Shown here piece by piece: positions 62,648 to 64,000 of a stretch of 64,000 nucleotides of DNA. Position 1 is the first letter of the stretch. Every line of letters starts with the position of its first letter. The translations under genes were made by a program, and so were the position numbers. The notes beneath the pieces were generated by a model that saw only the letters and a list, made by a program, of their open reading frames with translations, had not been told where the DNA came from and made no database searches. The DNA is from a virus (taxonomy: Duplodnaviria > Caudoviricetes): the IMG/VR virus record IMGVR_UViG_2651869698_000005, positions 26,138 to 90,137 of that record; one strand, written 5' to 3'.

Positions 62648-64000
62648 TCAGCTCGCCAGGAACGACCCGATGCCTCCATCCCCGTCGATCTCCACGACCT
62701 CGGCGTCGACCACGGTAGCGGCCGGCAGTGCCGCAGGCTGACCGAGCGAGCCGATGTCGAGCGACCCCAGCAGGGTGCCACCGAGCTGGTCGAGCGCATT
62801 CGACATCGTCGCCATGTCGACGTGGGCATACACGCGCTGCGAGGCCGCCGTCGAGTGGCCCATGATCTGCATACGCACATCCTCGGGAACCCCGAGCGCC
62901 TGCAGGAGCGTCGCCGCGGTGTGTCGGGCCGAGTGCAGTGGCATCTTCGGCAATCCGGCTCGCTTGAGCGCCTTCTGCCAGTTCGCGTAATCGGTCGCCG
63001 GGTTGAGCGGCCGCCCCTTCGAGTCCGGCCACACCAGCCCGTAACGGTTCGGAACACGCAGGTCCAGTTGCGCACGCAGCGCCGCCTCGATCGGGGCGAT
63101 CATCGGGATGACGCGCCGCGACTTCTTGGTCTTCGGCGGCGCGAGAACTATCGACCCCTCGAGCGGGGTGCAGACGTAGCCGCGAGGGATTGCCGGCTCG
63201 GCCTGCGGGCACTTCGACGGCCGGTTCGCAGGCTCACCGCACGACGGGCCGCCGGTGGACTTCGTCGGGCAGCCGTGCTGGTAGCCGATCGACGTCAATG
63301 CCCACGACAGGTCGATTGTCCTGGCATCCAACCGGATTCGATCTTCGGTCAGCCCGATGACCTCACCCTGGCGGGCACCGGTCAGCAGAGCGAGCATCCA
63401 CCGGTAGGCGTACGGGTCGCCGGCGTCGAGTGAGGTCTGGATCAGATGCTTCGCTTGCTCGACCGTCAGGGATTCGCGCTCTTCGGTGTCACCCTTCGGC
63501 GCGCCGACGATGGCCGCCACGTTCCGTTCGATGATCCCGTCCTCGATCGCATCCTCGAGCGACATCGACAGAATCGTGTGCGTCAGTTTCGCGGTCGTTA
63601 CCGCTAACCCGCGATCGGCGATGCCCTTGTGGAACTCGCGGATGTTGGCCGGTGTCAGCTTGCCGATCTTGTACGCGCCGAGGTAGGGCTTGATCGACGT
63701 CATCGCCTGAGCCCGATACGAGCGGGCGGTGTTCGGCCGCAGACCCTTGCTCGGGAGCACGTCCGAGACCCAGTAGTCCAGCCATGCCGAGAGCAGGGTG
63801 GTCGATGCGGAACTGATGACGCCGTTCTCGAGGTCTTTCAGTAACTGTTGCGCGGCTCGGATCGCCTGGTTTCGGTTCTTCCGAGCGACGGTCTTGCGGC
63901 GCCGTTTGCCGTCTCCTCCGCGGGGCAGATTGATGGGTACGACCCAGAGCATGTCGGACTTCCGACGATAGGGTTTACCCAGCGTGATCATGCCATTCAT
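62648..64000 (-). CDS. int: Tyrosine integrase (start at window edge, may be partial)
   Basis: TGARQGE, PKT, HSARH, MGH, VYAH; Cys-rich insertion. Confidence 0.95.
   Translation of the reverse strand: MNGMITLGKPYRRKSDMLWVVPINLPRGGDGKRRRKTVARKNRNQAIRAAQQLLKDLENGVISSASTTLLSAWLDYWVSDVLPSKGLRPNTARSYRAQAMTSIKPYLGAYKIGKLTPANIREFHKGIADRGLAVTTAKLTHTILSMSLEDAIEDGIIERNVAAIVGAPKGDTEERESLTVEQAKHLIQTSLDAGDPYAYRWMLALLTGARQGEVIGLTEDRIRLDARTIDLSWALTSIGYQHGCPTKSTGGPSCGEPANRPSKCPQAEPAIPRGYVCTPLEGSIVLAPPKTKKSRRVIPMIAPIEAALRAQLDLRVPNRYGLVWPDSKGRPLNPATDYANWQKALKRAGLPKMPLHSARHTAATLLQALGVPEDVRMQIMGHSTAASQRVYAHVDMATMSNALDQLGGTLLGSLDIGSLGQPAALPAATVVDAEVVEIDGDGGIGSFLAS

Noticed and set aside
1-64000. Abundant TCGA and GATC as a signature of modification targets
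   Set aside because: Expected from actinobacterial codon usage; it cannot be judged without k-mer statistics.

Overview
A ~64 kb, GC-rich stretch of a temperate actinobacteriophage or prophage, probably of a Mycobacteriales-type host (inferred from gene families). Almost all genes are on the minus strand. Reading from the right end: tyrosine integrase; a plus-strand repressor and IrrE/ImmA-like gene; a long early region (excisionase-like HTH, RecE/RecT, replication initiator, ArdA, C5 DNA methyltransferase, NrdH, SSB, UvrD-like helicase, WhiB-like protein, RtcB, RusA, RNA ligase, a Prs-like plus NAMPT-like NAD pair, MazG-like enzymes, ThyX); a 7-deazaguanine DNA-modification cluster (ParB-like, DpdA-like, queC, HNH, queD, queE, folE); two plus-strand moron-like genes; five tRNAs interleaved with histone-like genes; and the packaging and head module. 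The most striking unexplained signal is non-coding: about 15 RNA hairpins with an invariant CUGCCA loop and co-varying stems, mostly followed by CCCGAAAGG and a start codon. There are also three distinct promoter/operator motif classes and about 27 proteins ending in Ala-Ala. All calls come from reading motifs by eye with no database searches; many starts were adjusted from the ORF track using ATGA/GTGA coupling and RBS position.
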